Origin: the human T2T-CHM13v2.0 reference genome, Homo sapiens
DNA length: 64,000 nt
Direction: 5' to 3' (one strand)
Assembly (NCBI RefSeq): GCF_009914755.1
Contig: NC_060942.1
Both the position numbers and the translations under genes were made by a program. How positions within the stretch are numbered: position 1 is the stretch's first letter; each line of letters begins with the position of its first letter. The notes under the pieces are model-generated. The model made no database searches. It saw nothing but the letters and a program-made list of their open reading frames with translations, and was not told the origin of the DNA. This document shows positions 13,400 through 28,554 of the stretch, in pieces.

Positions 13400-16300
13400 A
13401 AACTTCTGCTTATGGTTAACATGAAGTAGAAGTACTTTTCCCCTTTTCCTTCTGCTAAGCACTAACAAAACTCTGAACATTATGTACAAAGAAAACATAA
13501 AAAGACTCTGAAATGTAGTCAGAAGGAAAGAGATCAGGTAGTAAATATGAGACCCAAGGAAGGAATAAATAATAAGTTCTTGGTCTGCTTTGGCCTTATA
13601 TATCCCAGACTTGAAACTGAAGAATTCTGTCAGCAACCTGGAAACATCAACGGACACAGTCAAAATAAGTCCCAACAAAAGCCTGCTTTCTCTGGCCAAA
13701 GCATCAGAAAAGGTGCAACATAGGAAAACAGAACATTTCAGACAATACGTTCTCTACTTCAGCAAACAGCACAGGAGCAAATGAGGCCCTATCCCCACCA
13801 CCGCCATCAAAGGGAGTAGGGAGCTTAGATTTCCACCTTTGCTAGACTGTAGCAAGGAAGGTGTCACCCTGGCTGAGCAGTAACAAGACACCCCCACACT
13901 GCAGTGCCAGCGCAGACCATGTAGGGAGCCTGGACTTCATCTCCGTTCAGCAGCAATGAGACACCCCTGCTGGAGAAGGGGCTAGGACAGATTCAAGACA
14001 TTCACTAGTAGCCACCTGCCTGAACTAGTCAAGCCCCCTCCCTCATTGTCAGAGCAGGTCAACTGGGGAGCAGTACAAGACCCCTACTCCTCCAAGCCCG
14101 GGCAGTGTTAGTTAAGGCCAACTGAGGAGCCAAATTCTCACCCCACCAACAGCAAGGAACAGCCCTTATCCCCTCCTTTCCTGTCAACATAGACTGAGTC
14201 GGGGACCTGGACCTCCAACACCACCTGACACTAATAAGGTGCTGCCTCCTCCCCCAGTCTGACAAGTGTGAGAGGTAGCCCGCTGAATCAGAAAACTAAA
14301 TATAATCCAGGGGGTCATATTATGTCCTGGTTTCAGCTGAAAGTCACTTGTCATGCCAAGAAGCAGGAAAAACAAAATTTTTCTCATTTAAGAAAAAGTG
14401 AACCAACAGACTGCAAACACCAAGAAGATACAGATACTAGAATTGTCTGATGAGGAGCTTAAAGTAGCCACAATAAAATGCTTCAACGTTACGAGCACAC
14501 TTGAAACAAATAAAGAAGGTATTTATTTCTCAGGAAAGAAATAAAAGATACAAAAGAGAACCAATTGAAAATTGGAGGACCAAATTTAGAACTGTGAAAT
14601 CAAACTAGAACACAAAACTCAATGGACGGGCTCAATTATAGATTGGAGAATCAAAAGAATCAGTAAACTTGAAGACAGAAGAATAAATATTACACAGCAG
14701 CTAAAAACGAGAGAAGTTGACCAAAAACAATTGCATAGAGCCACAAGGGCCTGTGTGATTATACCCCAAGATGTAAAATATGTATCATCTCCATCCTAAA
14801 TGGAGAGAAGAAAGAAGGCAGGATTGAAAACATAGTTGGAAAATTAATGGCTAGTTCCCAAATTTGGCAAAAAGACATAAACCTACAGATTCAAGTAGCT
14901 GTGTAAACTAAAAACTGTATAAAACCAAGGAAATCTATAAGACACCTCATAGTCAAATTTATGAAAGCCTTGGATAGAGAAAAAAAAAATGAAAGCAGAG
15001 AACAATACCTCACCTTTCGGGAAAATAACAGTTCTAATGACGAGATTTCTCATCAAAAATCATGAGGTGAGAAGAGGAAGTGTCACAGAGTTTTTTTGTT
15101 TGTTTTTTGTTTGTTTGTTTGTATTTCTTTTTTTTTTTCTTTTTTAAGTGCTAAAGGAAAAGGACTATCAATCCTCAATTCTATGTTCAGCAAAAAGATC
15201 CCTCAGTAATGAAGGGAGAGTCAAGGCATTCTCAGATGGAGGAAATTTAAGATTATGTTTCTGGCACACCTACTCAAAGAAATGCTAAAGGAATTTCTCT
15301 AAACAGAAAGGAAGAGATAAAGGAAGGAGCTTGGAACATCATAAAGGAGGAAGAACACAATAAGGAAAAATGTGGGCAAATACAATAGTTTTTTCTTCTC
15401 CTTTTGAGTTTTATAAACTATGCTTGATGGTAGAAGAAAAATATAACACTGCTCTGGGTTTCAATGCAGGTAAATGAAAAATTTAAGACATATAAACAGA
15501 GAGGTAAGGTTACATAAAAGTGGTAAAGTATCTACACTTCACTGAAGCTGGCAAAATGTTGGCACCAGTAAAATGTAATGTGAGGTCTATATAATCTTAA
15601 AGTAATCACTAAAAGAGACTACACAAGAGAACTACTAGATGGAAAATCAGGAGATCCACTGATTCCAGGAATCACAGAGATCCACTCAAAACTTTACAGA
15701 TAAATAAAAATAATCTAAAACAAAACTTTAACCCACAGGGAGGCAAAGGAATGAAGAACAGAATACAAAAAATAAAAATAAAAAAATAGCAGACTTAAGC
15801 CCTAACATCAATAACTACATTATAGTTAAAGGGTCTAAAGACACCAATGAAAACTCAGAGATATGAAGAATGGACAAAAATAAAATAAAACTCAATCCAA
15901 CTTTAAGCCACTTATAAAAGAAAGTCACTTCAAAGGTAATGAATAGGTTGAAAATAAAAGGATGGAAAAGATCTAGCATGCAAACATTAATCAAAAGAAA
16001 GCAGAAGCAGTTTATTAAAATTAGTTAGAGTGGACTTTAAAGCAAAGAAAAATACCAGGTACAAAGACAGTCAACACATCATGATCCACCAGGAAGCAGT
16101 CACAGCAATCCTAAATGTGTAAGTGCCAAACTATAGATCTGCAAAACATGTGAAACAAAAACTGATAGAAATGGAAGGAGAAATAGACAAATTCATCATT
16201 ATAGCTGGAGACTTCAATATCCCTTTCTCAAAAAGTAGTTGAACAACTAGACAGAAAATCGGCAAGGATATAGAGGAATTCAACAACACTACCAACCAAC

Positions 16301-16620
16301 AGATTCTAATCAATAATCATAGAACATTTCAAACAAGAGCCAAGTATGCATTTTTTTTAAGTGCTCGTGGAAGACTTACCAAGAAAGTCCATATTCTAGG
16401 TCATGAAACAAACCTCAATAAATTCAAAACAACCGAAATTACACAGAATATGTTCCTTGATCACAGTGGACTCAAACTAGAAATCAGTAGCAGAAAGATA
16501 AGTGAAAATTCTCAAAACACTTGGAAACTAAACAATATACTTCTAAATAATCCCTTGAAAGTATCTCAAAGGAAACAAAAGAAAAAAATTGAATCAAGTA
16601 AAACTTCATTGAACTAAATA
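13400..16620 (+). mobile_element. Old L1M (5' UTR, degraded ORF1, ORF2 endonuclease part)
   Basis: ORF1-like region at ~14450-15320; endonuclease motifs (atagctggagacttcaat = IAGDFN; gatcacagtggactcaaactagaaatc = DHSGLKLEI). Confidence 0.85.
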
Positions 16621-16744
16621 GATTTATAGGAATTTACAGAATGGTTCCTAGAAGATGTTAAAAAGGGCAACAAACCAAGATTTATAACAGGAAATTAAGG
16701 CTGGATCAATATTTGTATCATAGAATATCAGTTTCTTACAATTA

Positions 16745-16823
16745 TTAGGTTGGCGCAATTGTCCTTGTGGTATTTGCCATTGAAAGTAATGGCAACACGG
16801 CAATTACTTTTGCACCAACCTAA
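16745..16823. mobile_element. MADE1 (Hsmar1-derived 80-bp MITE)
   Basis: ttaggttggcgcaa...gccattgaaagtaatggc...caattacttttgcaccaacctaa; palindromic TIR structure. Confidence 0.9.
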
Positions 16824-16935
16824 AACAATGTAATTATCCAATATTTTAAATTATTTTTTCAGTAATTTGTAATAAAAATTGCCATTGGGTGTTAGGTATG
16901 TTGTGGTTTACATTTTTTAAAAAAATATATATTAT

Positions 16936-17290
<355 letters not shown>

Positions 17291-18339
17291 TTAAATGGAA
17301 AGTCACCAAAACATGACTGTACTTGAGAAAAGTCCTTCAACAGATACGTCTCTGGTTGGCAATGTAGGTAACTAAGCCATAGCCAAACATGTACTTACCC
17401 TTATGTAGCATCAGAAATGGCTTCCTTTTGTGAAAGGATTTATTCTTTAGAGAAACAACAGAGATTTAATTCCATATCTCTGATTACAATAAGGACAATT
17501 TAACATCAAAGAAGAAACAAAGGCTGTTGATGTACTTTCTAAACATCTGGCAAAACATTTTAAGACACTGAGTTAACGTGTGTAGAAGGATTTATAGAAG
17601 GTGTCTTTTTGGCATGTAGTATCTGAGGGAACAATTATGAAGTTGTTTCCTTACACAAACAAACTTCTGGCAAATTGATGTGCTGACGTGCTGTGAATTA
17701 GCATCCTGACCCACTGTCATTTGTTAGTTAGCGTGATGGGTACCTTAAAATCCAGCTAGAAGTTGTTATATAAGAAAAAGATACAATAACAGGCCATCTG
17801 TTATTCCTATTGGTAAATGAACACCATGAGCTCTGGTTAATGCTGTTGATGTAAAACGTAAGGGAGGTGTTATAAAACTGCTCGCTGACAGGTATAAACA
17901 CACTTCAAATTACGTGTGGGATTAATCAACAAAATGTGTGGCTCTCATCAGCCAGCTGCTCCATGTAGACAAGACAAGTGCCATGTCCCAGCAGAAGAGA
18001 GGCCAATCAAAGTCCCTGCTTCCCTCACCTATGTCCACAGTGTGCAGGCGAAAGCTCACCTGAATTCAGATAAGAATATGGGGCAAGGGGAGAATGATTT
18101 TGGGCTATGTGACAGAAGTCAGTGCAACAGATAGAATAATTCGTATATCATTAGTATATCATTAACACTACAATAATTAGTATATCATGAATATAAAATG
18201 AGAGAAAGACTATTATTTAAGCTGTTACCTTAGGCAGTTCATTTATTGGAAAGTAGTTATTGGAAAAACAAACAATATAGTAACACCTTTAGGCAGATGT
18301 TTTCAATTTGAAATATAAACTGAATATTTTGCCCTTGGG

Positions 18340-18430
18340 GAAATCACAAAATTAAGTGATTTACTCAAGGTCATGGCAAGTCAGTAGCAGAGCTGATGAT
18401 AGAAACTGCTTCTATTTCTGATCAGACTAT
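18340..18430 (-). mobile_element. MIR fragment
   Basis: aattaagtgatttactcaaggtcatggcaagtcagtagcagagctg. Confidence 0.55.
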
Positions 18431-19869
18431 TTATCCCTCTTCCCAAAATGCTACTGTCAAACAGAACTCAGATATTTTTTAAAATTTAATGCACAGGAAC
18501 ATACTTTGTAGAGTTGACACCCAAGTCATGACATTCTGAGACATGGAAGCTGTCAATCTGCCCATGAGGAGCACTAGTGTCCCTGACTATAGAGACCTGC
18601 AGAGTCTCTTTGTCCATGGGAAAAATGTATTGTTGTGTTGGAGACAGAATGTGCATGGGGCCTTTGCTTTGCAACAGGCATGACAAGAAAACAAGGAAGT
18701 AGGTAGGCACTAAAATCTAAACAAACAACATTTTGGCTTCCTTTTTTTCTGCACATACCGTGAATCTCATGAGATGTAAGTCGTAGACTTCGTATGGTCA
18801 GTAATTTGTTAGGCAAGTTATTTCACCACTTAAAGTCTTAGTCTCTTAGTTCTTAAAATGAGAAGACTGATTACATGTGCTTCTGTTTCCATGACTGATT
18901 CCTAAATCTGTGAAATCAGGGTATAACTTGCTTTTATAGAGCTATGGATGTGAAATAATAATATACTGCGTAGAAAGGATCTGATAGAATAGAGCAATGG
19001 CGGAGAGTAAGAAAAAAAAACAAACAAAAACACATGCAGCCTCCACAGAGAACATGAACCGCATTTCATTCATGCAGGTTTTCCAGTGGCACACAGCAAG
19101 GACCTCGTGATGTCCTCTTAGTGCACTCTGTCCATATCCAGAGTAAAGCTTAGCATGTTGGATGTGATGTATCTGTTAGTAAGAAAGATTTTGAAAAGGA
19201 CGAATCTCCATTATGATACACATAGCTATTTCATTATTACAAAGTGAGCCATCAGTATTACAGTCTTGAGGAAGGGTGAGCTGGAGTGCACTAGTTTGTG
19301 ACTGCATTACAGAATTGGTAGGATCTACACAGGTGTATGTCATATGCACATAGGCACGTGAAGTTCTAACCAGAGAAGCTCAATAGAATGTTGGTTTTTT
19401 TAATGGACAGTTCAGTTCTTGCGAATTAGGGTAGTTCAGAATTGCCTCTCTTTAGCTTCAATAAGCTCTTTACAATTTTGTTTCTATATTCTGCCATTAA
19501 ATCAAATGAAAGTGCTCAGCAGGGTTTAGGGTGTCCTCACCTTAACAACAATAATCTAGCAAAAAATCAAACTACTGAATATAATTCGGTGCTCTGATTC
19601 TCAGGCCTATATTCTAATCCCAGCACAGTTGATTACTATCCCTGAAGCCTCTTACAAGCGTTTTAAAACTTCTGGCCCTCTGTTTTCTCAGTGGTAAAAT
19701 GCTATAAGAATTTAACTTTATAACGTGAAAATATATAAGCAATAAGCATGAAAATACACAGCTGGTGTTATTCTCATGGCACTTTCTAATTGTTTCCCAC
19801 ACATCCAGGCTCATCTACACATCCACACATCAGTTCAAAGCAATATTACACATATTTTGCAGGAGAATC

Positions 19870-20170
19870 CTCTTAAATCATAGCCTTGATTCTCTGATCT
19901 CCTGTTCCTACTACTTCTCTGGCACCATACTTCCTCTATTCTAGTTGCCTACACATAAAGTCTAAATTCCCTGCCATGGCTGTGGAGACCCTTCCCAGTC
20001 TGGCCCATGCACAGCATGTTCCAGGTACAGTGGCCTGAATACAGCCCTCACCTTATCACCTTTCTACACATCCCCCTGATCAGCTCACCCTTTCCTTCTC
20101 TGTTCAACTGCAGAAGGCCTCCCGCTCCCTAAGTGCTGACTCAAACACATACTCGTGAATCTTTACTGGG
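19870..20170 (+). mobile_element. L2 fragment
   Basis: ataaagtctaaattccctgccatggctgtggagacccttcccagtctggccc resembles the L2 3' region. Confidence 0.5.
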
Positions 20171-21607
20171 CCTCACTGCACTTCCAACACTGAACATTGA
20201 TGTAGAAGTACCAAGGTAACATTTGGTGCCTCATTTGAAAATAATTTTATCATTAAAGTGACTTTTCACCATTTATTTTAATAAATATATGTATATACTA
20301 GGTTGTATATTTATATACTAGCATAGTTTTTCAATACAGTAGCATTGTATCGACTATATTTGGGGGCTGGAAACAACCAGCTTCCAAAATAATATCATAG
20401 ATTCTTTTGAGATACTCTGATAGGAAACTCAAGATATAGCAAAATTTTAATTTGAGAGAGGGCATAACTTAGAGAGAAGTTAGTCACATTAAAAGAAAGT
20501 TCATCATTTGGTTCTTGCAGCAGTGATTTCCCTGAGTACCTTTAAAATACTATTTGATATATACTGAATATTTCAGGGGCGTGGTGTTGCATAAATCAAG
20601 GTACAGACTCTAGGTTTAATTATTTTGAAAGAAGGGCTCAGTTGTGAGAGCTGTCATGGCAGAATTAAAGTTCTCAGAAACTAGAGTGGTCATAATAAGT
20701 TGATGTTTCAGGAAAAAATTACATATTCCCAAAAGTTTAGTACAGCTTTTCTTTTAAAACCTGATCAGGGAGACAGAGGAATGTCTTATTTTTCTTTGTG
20801 GGTAATTCAACTAAGTTAAGATAAACCAATCATTCTCTTAAGTATTGCAGTAGTACTTGTACTTAAAGAACAAAATAAAATAATTAGTAAATATACCTGA
20901 GAAACTGGCTCCAGATTTTATTGGCAATAAAGAATACAGATAGACAGATAGATGATAGATTGGTAGATACATAGATATATCACAATGTCTTCAGTGTACA
21001 GTACCATTCTAGGGAAAATTTAAAGGCCTAGACAGTCTAGCACACACTATTGTTTATTGTTAGTTGGTGTTTTATGTGGTAAAGGCAGAACTTCCCCATA
21101 CTCATTGGAAGTCAATAATTAATTAATCAATTAGCATTTGCAATAACAATAGCATACTGTATTTATAAACTGAGTTATAATACACAATACCAATACAGCT
21201 TTCTTAAATATCCACTAGAATCTCTCAAATAGCTTGTGCAATATGCAAGGCAGTTGCACACAAACAAAAGCAGTCTAGGCCACCAGGAAAATAGGAAATA
21301 TATTAAATATATCAAAAACAAACCAGTGAATGGCTAGCTATACTTAGAATAGCTATGAGAGAGAGTATTACTGAGCAGGAACAAATACCACTTTAGGGAG
21401 CGTGCATTTGCTGAGGAACATGTGGTTCTTGAAAATTAATGACTGAAGAGTATGATACGTATGGTAAGCTGACTGCCTCTCAGCTGTCCAAGACCATGAA
21501 GTTAGGTGGGTTATTACTGCTGCAAGACAAGGATGTTAATGCTACCTACATGCTGGAAAGGGTGGGCAACCTATGCTGCAAATTTTCCACACTAAACTGT
21601 AAGGTAC

Positions 21608-22228
21608 TGTATTAGTCCATTTTCATGCAGCTGATAAAGACATATCTGAGACTGGGATGAAAAAGAAGTTTAGTGGACTTACAGTTCCACATGGCTGGGG
21701 AGGCCTCACAATCATGGCAGAAGACAAGGAGGAGCAAGTCTCTAGAAAGTTCTGAAATATCTCACATTTCCCTGTCTTCTTCTGAGCCCTCCAAACTGTT
21801 CCAACCCCCACCTGTTACCCAGTTCCAAAGTTGCTTCCACATTTTTGGGTATCTACAGCGGCACCCCACTCCTGGTATCAGTTTACTAGTCAGTTTTCAC
21901 ACTGCTGAAAAAGATATACCCAAGACTGGGAAGAAAGAGGTTTAATGGACTTGCAGTTCCACATGGATGGGGAGGCCTCACAATCATGGCAGAAGGCAAG
22001 GAGAAGCAAGTCATGTCTTACATGGATGTTGGCAGGCAAAAAGAGAGGCAAAGAGGGCAGGAAAACTCCCCTTTATAGAAACATCAGATCTAGTGAGACT
22101 TATTCACTATCACGAGAACAGCACAGGAAAGACCTGCCCCCATGATTTAATTACTCCCACCTCGTCCCTCCCACAACACATGGGAATTCACGATGAGATT
22201 TGAGTGGGGATACAGCCAAACCATATCA
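21608..22228 (-). mobile_element. THE1 (THE1C-like) MaLR provirus with a large internal deletion
   Basis: Partial LTR at 21608-21740, THE1-int piece at 21735-21886, near-full LTR at 21887-22228; TSD GGTAC/GGTGC. Confidence 0.88.
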
Positions 22229-22429
22229 GGTGCATTATTTTCTCCAACCTCAGAAACATTTGCTATCAAATATGTTTTGCAATTTTTATTTTATATTGGC
22301 TATAGTAATAGAGAACAAGAAAAATGAAAGTGATATGAAATTGGCTCAGAGACAAAAAATTTATAGAAAAATAATTCATCTAATGGTAAATACATTTATT
22401 GCTTTTAACTTATTATTATTATTAATTAT

Positions 22430-22713
22430 TTTGTTTTGAAACAGGCTCTGTTGCCTATGGTGGTGTGCAGTGGCAGGATCATGGCTGTAGTCTTGAAATC
22501 CTGGGCTTAAGGAATCCTCCAATCTCAGCCTCCCAAGTAGCCAGGACTATAGGCACACACCACCACACCTGGCTATATTTTTTAAAAATTTTTGTAGAGA
22601 TAGGGTCTCACTGTGTTGCCCAGGCTGGCCTCCACCTCCTGGCCTCAAACAATCCTCCCATCTTGGCTTCCCAAATTGCTGATATTACAGGTATGAGCCA
22701 TGGTACCCAGGCT
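22430..22713 (-). mobile_element. AluJ
   Basis: Diverged antisense Alu with gggtctcactgtgttgcccaggctgg. Confidence 0.88.
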
Positions 22714-23574
22714 TAACTTATTATTTGTTAAGACTAAATAATTCTTAAACTATAGATAACACTTAAAAGATAGAAATATGATATACTAGGTAGATATAAA
22801 TTATGGTTTTATAATTTTACTTCTTAATGTTTATTTTACATTCATTTATAATATTTATAATATTATCCTTATATTTATTCTCCTTTTGTAAGTCATGACA
22901 TGTAAGTAAAATATAAATCTCACATATTTCAAAAAGGAAAATATTTTATCCCTATAAGGGTCACCACCCAGAGACGACGGGTCTTAACATTTGGTTTATA
23001 CATTCCTTCTTGACTATTCAGTTTCACACACACACACACACACACGAAAATGCTTACATATATAAGGTAAATTATATACACTTATTTAACAAAAGCATGA
23101 TCTTTTACTATATGTCATTTTCTGACAATGCAACAAGAATATCTTTTCATGTAACTAAAATACAAACGTGTCATAATTTTTATTGGCAGCACTGTATTTC
23201 AATATATGGAAGTAACAATTAGCAAATTAATTAATTGATTTGGAATTAATGCCTTAAAAGAGGAAACCTTTGTTTTTTACCCACTGTCTTCACAATGTCT
23301 ACTCTCCTTTCCCTATTCACTAAGACACCATAACTTTTTATTTAATTGCCATTTTAGAACTATTGTGCTTTCAGTTAAACTTTTTAAAATTCAGCCTGAT
23401 TATAATAGACAATTCCAATTGTCACTCAGTTCAAAACCTGCCCCTCATCTCTGCTCCAAGCTCATGTCTAACGGAGGAAGAAGAGGAACTCTTACTATCC
23501 TTATTTTTGTTTATTTCCCCATCCCCAGCTTCCCATACTGATTCTGGGTATTCTAGGTCCTAGCGGTCACCTAG

Positions 23575-23856
<282 letters not shown>

Positions 23857-23859
23857 TAG

Positions 23860-24185
23860 CCCTCATAGAGGTCGATCATGTGACTCAGACAGCCAATGGA
23901 GTGGGAGTAGAAGTGACACCTGCCAAGGAGATGGGACCACGTGATTGAGGGCATCCAATGGGGTGCAAGTAGAAGTGATGTCTGCCTTCCACTAGGCCCT
24001 CCAAGCTGGAAGCAAAAAATCCAGAAAAGATCTCTCGATCCTAAAAGATGGAGAACGCACAAGATGGAAAGAACTTGGATCATGAATGACTGTTTTGAGT
24101 GGAGTACCTTCCCTTAGACCTGCACAAGACTGAGTGTGTTATGCCAGTGAGACTGGAAGTGTCTGTTAGAGGAGTCATCTTATTA
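23860..24185 (+). mobile_element. MLT1-type MaLR LTR fragment
   Basis: catgtgact...ccaatggagtgggagtagaagtgac and aagatggaaagaacttggatcatgaatgactg motifs. Confidence 0.5.
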
Positions 24186-24186
24186 C

Positions 24187-24189
<3 letters not shown>

Positions 24190-24231
<42 letters not shown>
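24190..24231. repeat. (CA)n microsatellite
   Basis: About 21 CA units. Confidence 0.97.
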
Positions 24232-24233
<2 letters not shown>

Positions 24234-24584
24234 GGCAAAGTGCTAAAGGCCAACTGCTTACCTGATCTTCTTCTAACTTTTGAAAAGCAAATATAATTTG
24301 TCTTCACTGATGCCCAAATACTTGTTTTCATTTTCCTTCTTTTTTTTAATTTTTGGGGGAGTTATCATCTCTATGTGGCATTTTTACATTTTCCCCCCAA
24401 AACACCACAGCCTACCCAATCACTAGGAACTTTCAAGATAATACCTTCTGTAGGATCTGCTTGATCCATGTTGACCATCTTTGCACAGCAAGCTCTAGTG
24501 TTGGGTCACTTGAAAAGAATGATTTCCTGCAGCTCAGTAAACATCTTACTTGGGGGCAGAATGTTTAACCTGTATTTTTGTGTT

Positions 24585-24835
24585 TTTGTATTTTTAATTG
24601 ATAGATCATAGTTGTACATATTTTGGGAGTACATGTGATATTTTGATACTTCTATACAAAGTGTAATGATCACATCAGGTTAATTGGGATATCATCATCC
24701 AAAATATTTATCTTATCTTCGTATTAGTGTATCATAATTCTTCTTTTCTAGATATTTTGAAATATACACTAAATTATTTTGAACTATAATTTCTCTGCTG
24801 TACTTTCAAATACTAGAACTTATTCCTTCTATCTA
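24585..24835 (-). mobile_element. L1MA 3' end
   Basis: ttgtacatattttgggagtacatgtgatattttgatac...gaacttattccttctatctaa. Confidence 0.8.
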
Positions 24836-25589
24836 AATTTGTTTCAGGTTTGTTGTTGTTGTTTGTTTTTCCAGAAATTTTCATGTCTATGTATGGTTTA
24901 CTTGACTTGGAGAAGTAGAGAGAAGGAATCTCCCTCTTTTTTTTCCCGGATTATTATGTGACTTTAACATTCACTGCAATCCTTCATGGGGTAATAACTC
25001 TCTTAAAAAAAAAAAAAAAAAAAAAGCAACTAATGCATTTGGTGGTTCCCTTTCAGTATCTCATCCTTGGTTAGGGGAAGGCAGATGGTGAGGGTAGTGG
25101 TCTCAGAGCCAGATTTTATATTAACACTCTGGAAACTCCAGAACAAAGAACATCTCCACCTGCTAATTGCAAATTAATTTTCCATTATTTAAATATTTAG
25201 AATAATTTATTGGATATTCAGTATTCATATCTATATTATATAAATATCTCTGCAGCTCAATATTTGTTCACACCTTTAGTAGTTTCATTTAGGCAGCTTT
25301 ACAAAAGTAGAATTGTTTTTTCAATAAGTATAAATTATTGATGCATATTATATCTATATTTTGTCTCCCAAAAGACTTTCCCAATTTACCTGTTTATCAT
25401 TAGTCTAAAAAGAAGCTGCTTCTGTACACAAAACATCAATAGAAGACATCAAAATTGAAAGAAACAGGTTTTATCTAATAGCTATTAATAAACATTGTCT
25501 TAATGTTTTACCTATATTTTGAATAGTAGTGAAGTTGAATATTAAATCCATGTTTACTGACTGCTGAATTTTTAATTTAACAAATTGCC

Positions 25590-26135
25590 TATTCATAATG
25601 AAATGAGAATTCTGGATTTTTGCTCCCCAAATTGCTCAGCACCTTCTCCATATAGGTGATGTCACTAAGCTATTGCTCAAGTTAAAGTTTAAAATCTTGT
25701 GAGTCATTCTTGAACTCTGTCTTTTCCTCACTCTCCACATGAAATTTTTCAACTCATTCTGTCCATTCTATCTCCAAAACATATGTGGAAGTCAACGTCT
25801 TTTAAGTCTTTCATGACCTATTTTGTAGACAGCTGCTATAGCTTTCTATTTGGTGTCTGCTTCCCAGAGACTCCCTATGTATGGTCATCTACTTTGAGAA
25901 CATGACCCAGATCAGTGCCAACCTGGAGGATGGGCTGCCATTTTATAATTCATCATCCCAGAGGGAACCCTAATTGCAATTCTTTTCAGTGGGTTCCAGG
26001 AGTGCTACGATCCTTCCACTCTCCCACACCACAAATATATTCTCCATAGAGCAGTCAAATTGACCTTTCAAAGATAAGAACCTAAGCACATTGATATACA
26101 ACTTATATCCTATAATGGCTTTCTCTAGCATGTAG
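25590..26135 (+). mobile_element. L2 fragments
   Basis: gagtcattcttgaactctgtcttttcctcac...ctgtccattctatctccaaaacata...ttctccatagagcagtca. Confidence 0.55.
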
Positions 26136-26389
26136 AAACATTTTTAAATTTTTTAGAAGTTTTTTTAATTTTGAAACAATCTAACTTATAGAAAAATGGC
26201 AAGCAAGTGCAGTATAAAGAATGTTTTTCCCCTAAACCATTTCAGAAAAAGTTTTCAACATGTTGCTCATCATCCCAAACGTTATAGTATATTTTCTATA
26301 AACAAAAGACCTCTTCTATGTAATAAGAAAATGATAGGCAACTTGAGAAATAAAGACTGAAGGACGTGTCATGAGGAAATATATTTCAC

Positions 26390-26910
26390 TTATTTATCTA
26401 TTTATTCAACATGTATTTAGCAAATACCTATAATATGGTAAGCACCATACTGATGTTGAGAATACAGCAATGAGCAAAACATTCCCTGGTCTCACAGAGC
26501 TTACCTTTATAGATTGTGAAGATCAATAGAAAACAACCAAATACAATGTGCTAAGGGATCTCGATCCCCATGAAATTAAAAGGTAAGAAAAAGGGCTGAA
26601 GAGCGATGGTCGGGAGACAGGAGAGGATGGAATGCCGCTCATTTAGATAGAGAGATCACGGAATTCTTCTCTGTTAGGGTGACAACTGAGCGGGGGCCTG
26701 AAGACAGGAGTCAATTATAAGGGTAATGTGGGAAGGGGCAGGCCAGGTGAAAAATAAAAGAAAAAAAAATAGATTGCTTTGCTGTTTGAGTAACATAAGG
26801 AGCCCATCCTGGCTGAAGATGGTTGAAGAGGAGTACATGAGAGATGGAGTGACAGTAATCTGGTAAAGATCATGTAGGGGCTATGGTCATGATGACATAA
26901 TAGAAATAAA
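26390..26910 (-). mobile_element. L2 3' end
   Basis: tttattcaacatgtatttagcaaatacctataat...gaatacagcaatgagcaaaacattccctggtctcacagagctta. Confidence 0.7.
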
Positions 26911-27133
26911 TGGTACTCAATAGTCAATGTCCTGTTTTGAACCAACCATCCTTTTACAGTTTTATAACATGTTTCATCCTTCTTGATTTCTATGAACAAG
27001 TACCTTCTACTGCTGATGTTCAAACTCTTTAAATACCATGTGCTTAGAATGAAAGAGGCCCATTAGCTCATTGCCTCCATCCCTCTGGCAATGAAAAGCA
27101 GAGGTTAAAATGATCCCTAGCTATTATCTCTAG

Positions 27134-27473
<340 letters not shown>

Positions 27474-27817
27474 TAATTGATCATTTACAACATCCCACTG
27501 TGGTATATCTAAGTATTACAATTTCCATCTCCAGGCAGAGATCTTGAGTCGGTATTCAAGTGAAAGGCTCCTGAGGAAGTTGTTTTCAAGCCTAGCTTAA
27601 ATTTTAGGCTGACTAGGTTTGTGATAAATTATTAGACTGAAAAATCCCAAATCACCAATTGGAATAGATATAAAAACCACACATCTCATATGCACAAAGG
27701 CAGTAACGGCTTATAAGTCAGAGGAGAAGAGTTACAATCCACAGACGCTGTATCATGGGATTTTCTGTTCAACCAGATGAATATGCACGGATTTAGGGCA
27801 GAAAAGCCAGAGCTTCC

Positions 27818-28365
27818 TGTAAACCAAAAATTAAATTCTAAGGCCCACCAAACTGTCTGAATGGACCTCCTCTTCAGCCAGGGCTCTTTTAAATAACCTG
27901 AAAGACTGCTTCAGGCCATGATGGGAAGTGGGGGTCGGTCATGTCTCGTAATACCCCTCCAGCATTAACATCAACACAGACTTTAAGTCTGATAAGAAAC
28001 ATTTTACAAACTATTTGGTCTGTCTCCACAACCTCTTATCTTAACCCAGACATTTCCTTTCTGCAGATCCCAGGTCTCTAGACAAACTCAACCAATTGCC
28101 AAACAGAAAATGTTTAAATTTACCTGTAGCCTGGAAGCCCCCACTTTGAGTTGTCCCACCTTTCTGGACCAAACCAATGTATTTTTTAAATGTATTTGAT
28201 TGATGTCTCATGCCTCCCTAAAATGTATAAAACCAAGCTGCACCCCAACCACCTTGGGCACATGTTCTCAGGACCTCCTGAGGGCTGTGTCACAGGCCAT
28301 GGTCACTTATACTTGGGTCAGTATTCTGTAAAATATTTGAAAAATATTGACTCTTTTCATTGACC
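27818..28365 (+). mobile_element. MER4-family ERV1 solo LTR
   Basis: tgtaaaccaaaaattaaattctaagg...gtataaaaccaagctgcacccc...gactcttttcattgac. Confidence 0.82.
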
Positions 28366-28554
28366 TGTGTCTGTTAGGATTTCATTACATGAATCAAGGA
28401 GAAGTACTTTAAAATGTCATGTTCTTATCCTATAAATTTCAGAAACCATTTTGAAAAGCATAAAGAATTGCATTAGTCAGATGCACAGAAAAAAGGTTTT
28501 TATTAAAAAAAAACGATCCGGGTATTTCAGGGAGCATCAATGTTGTTAAAATAT

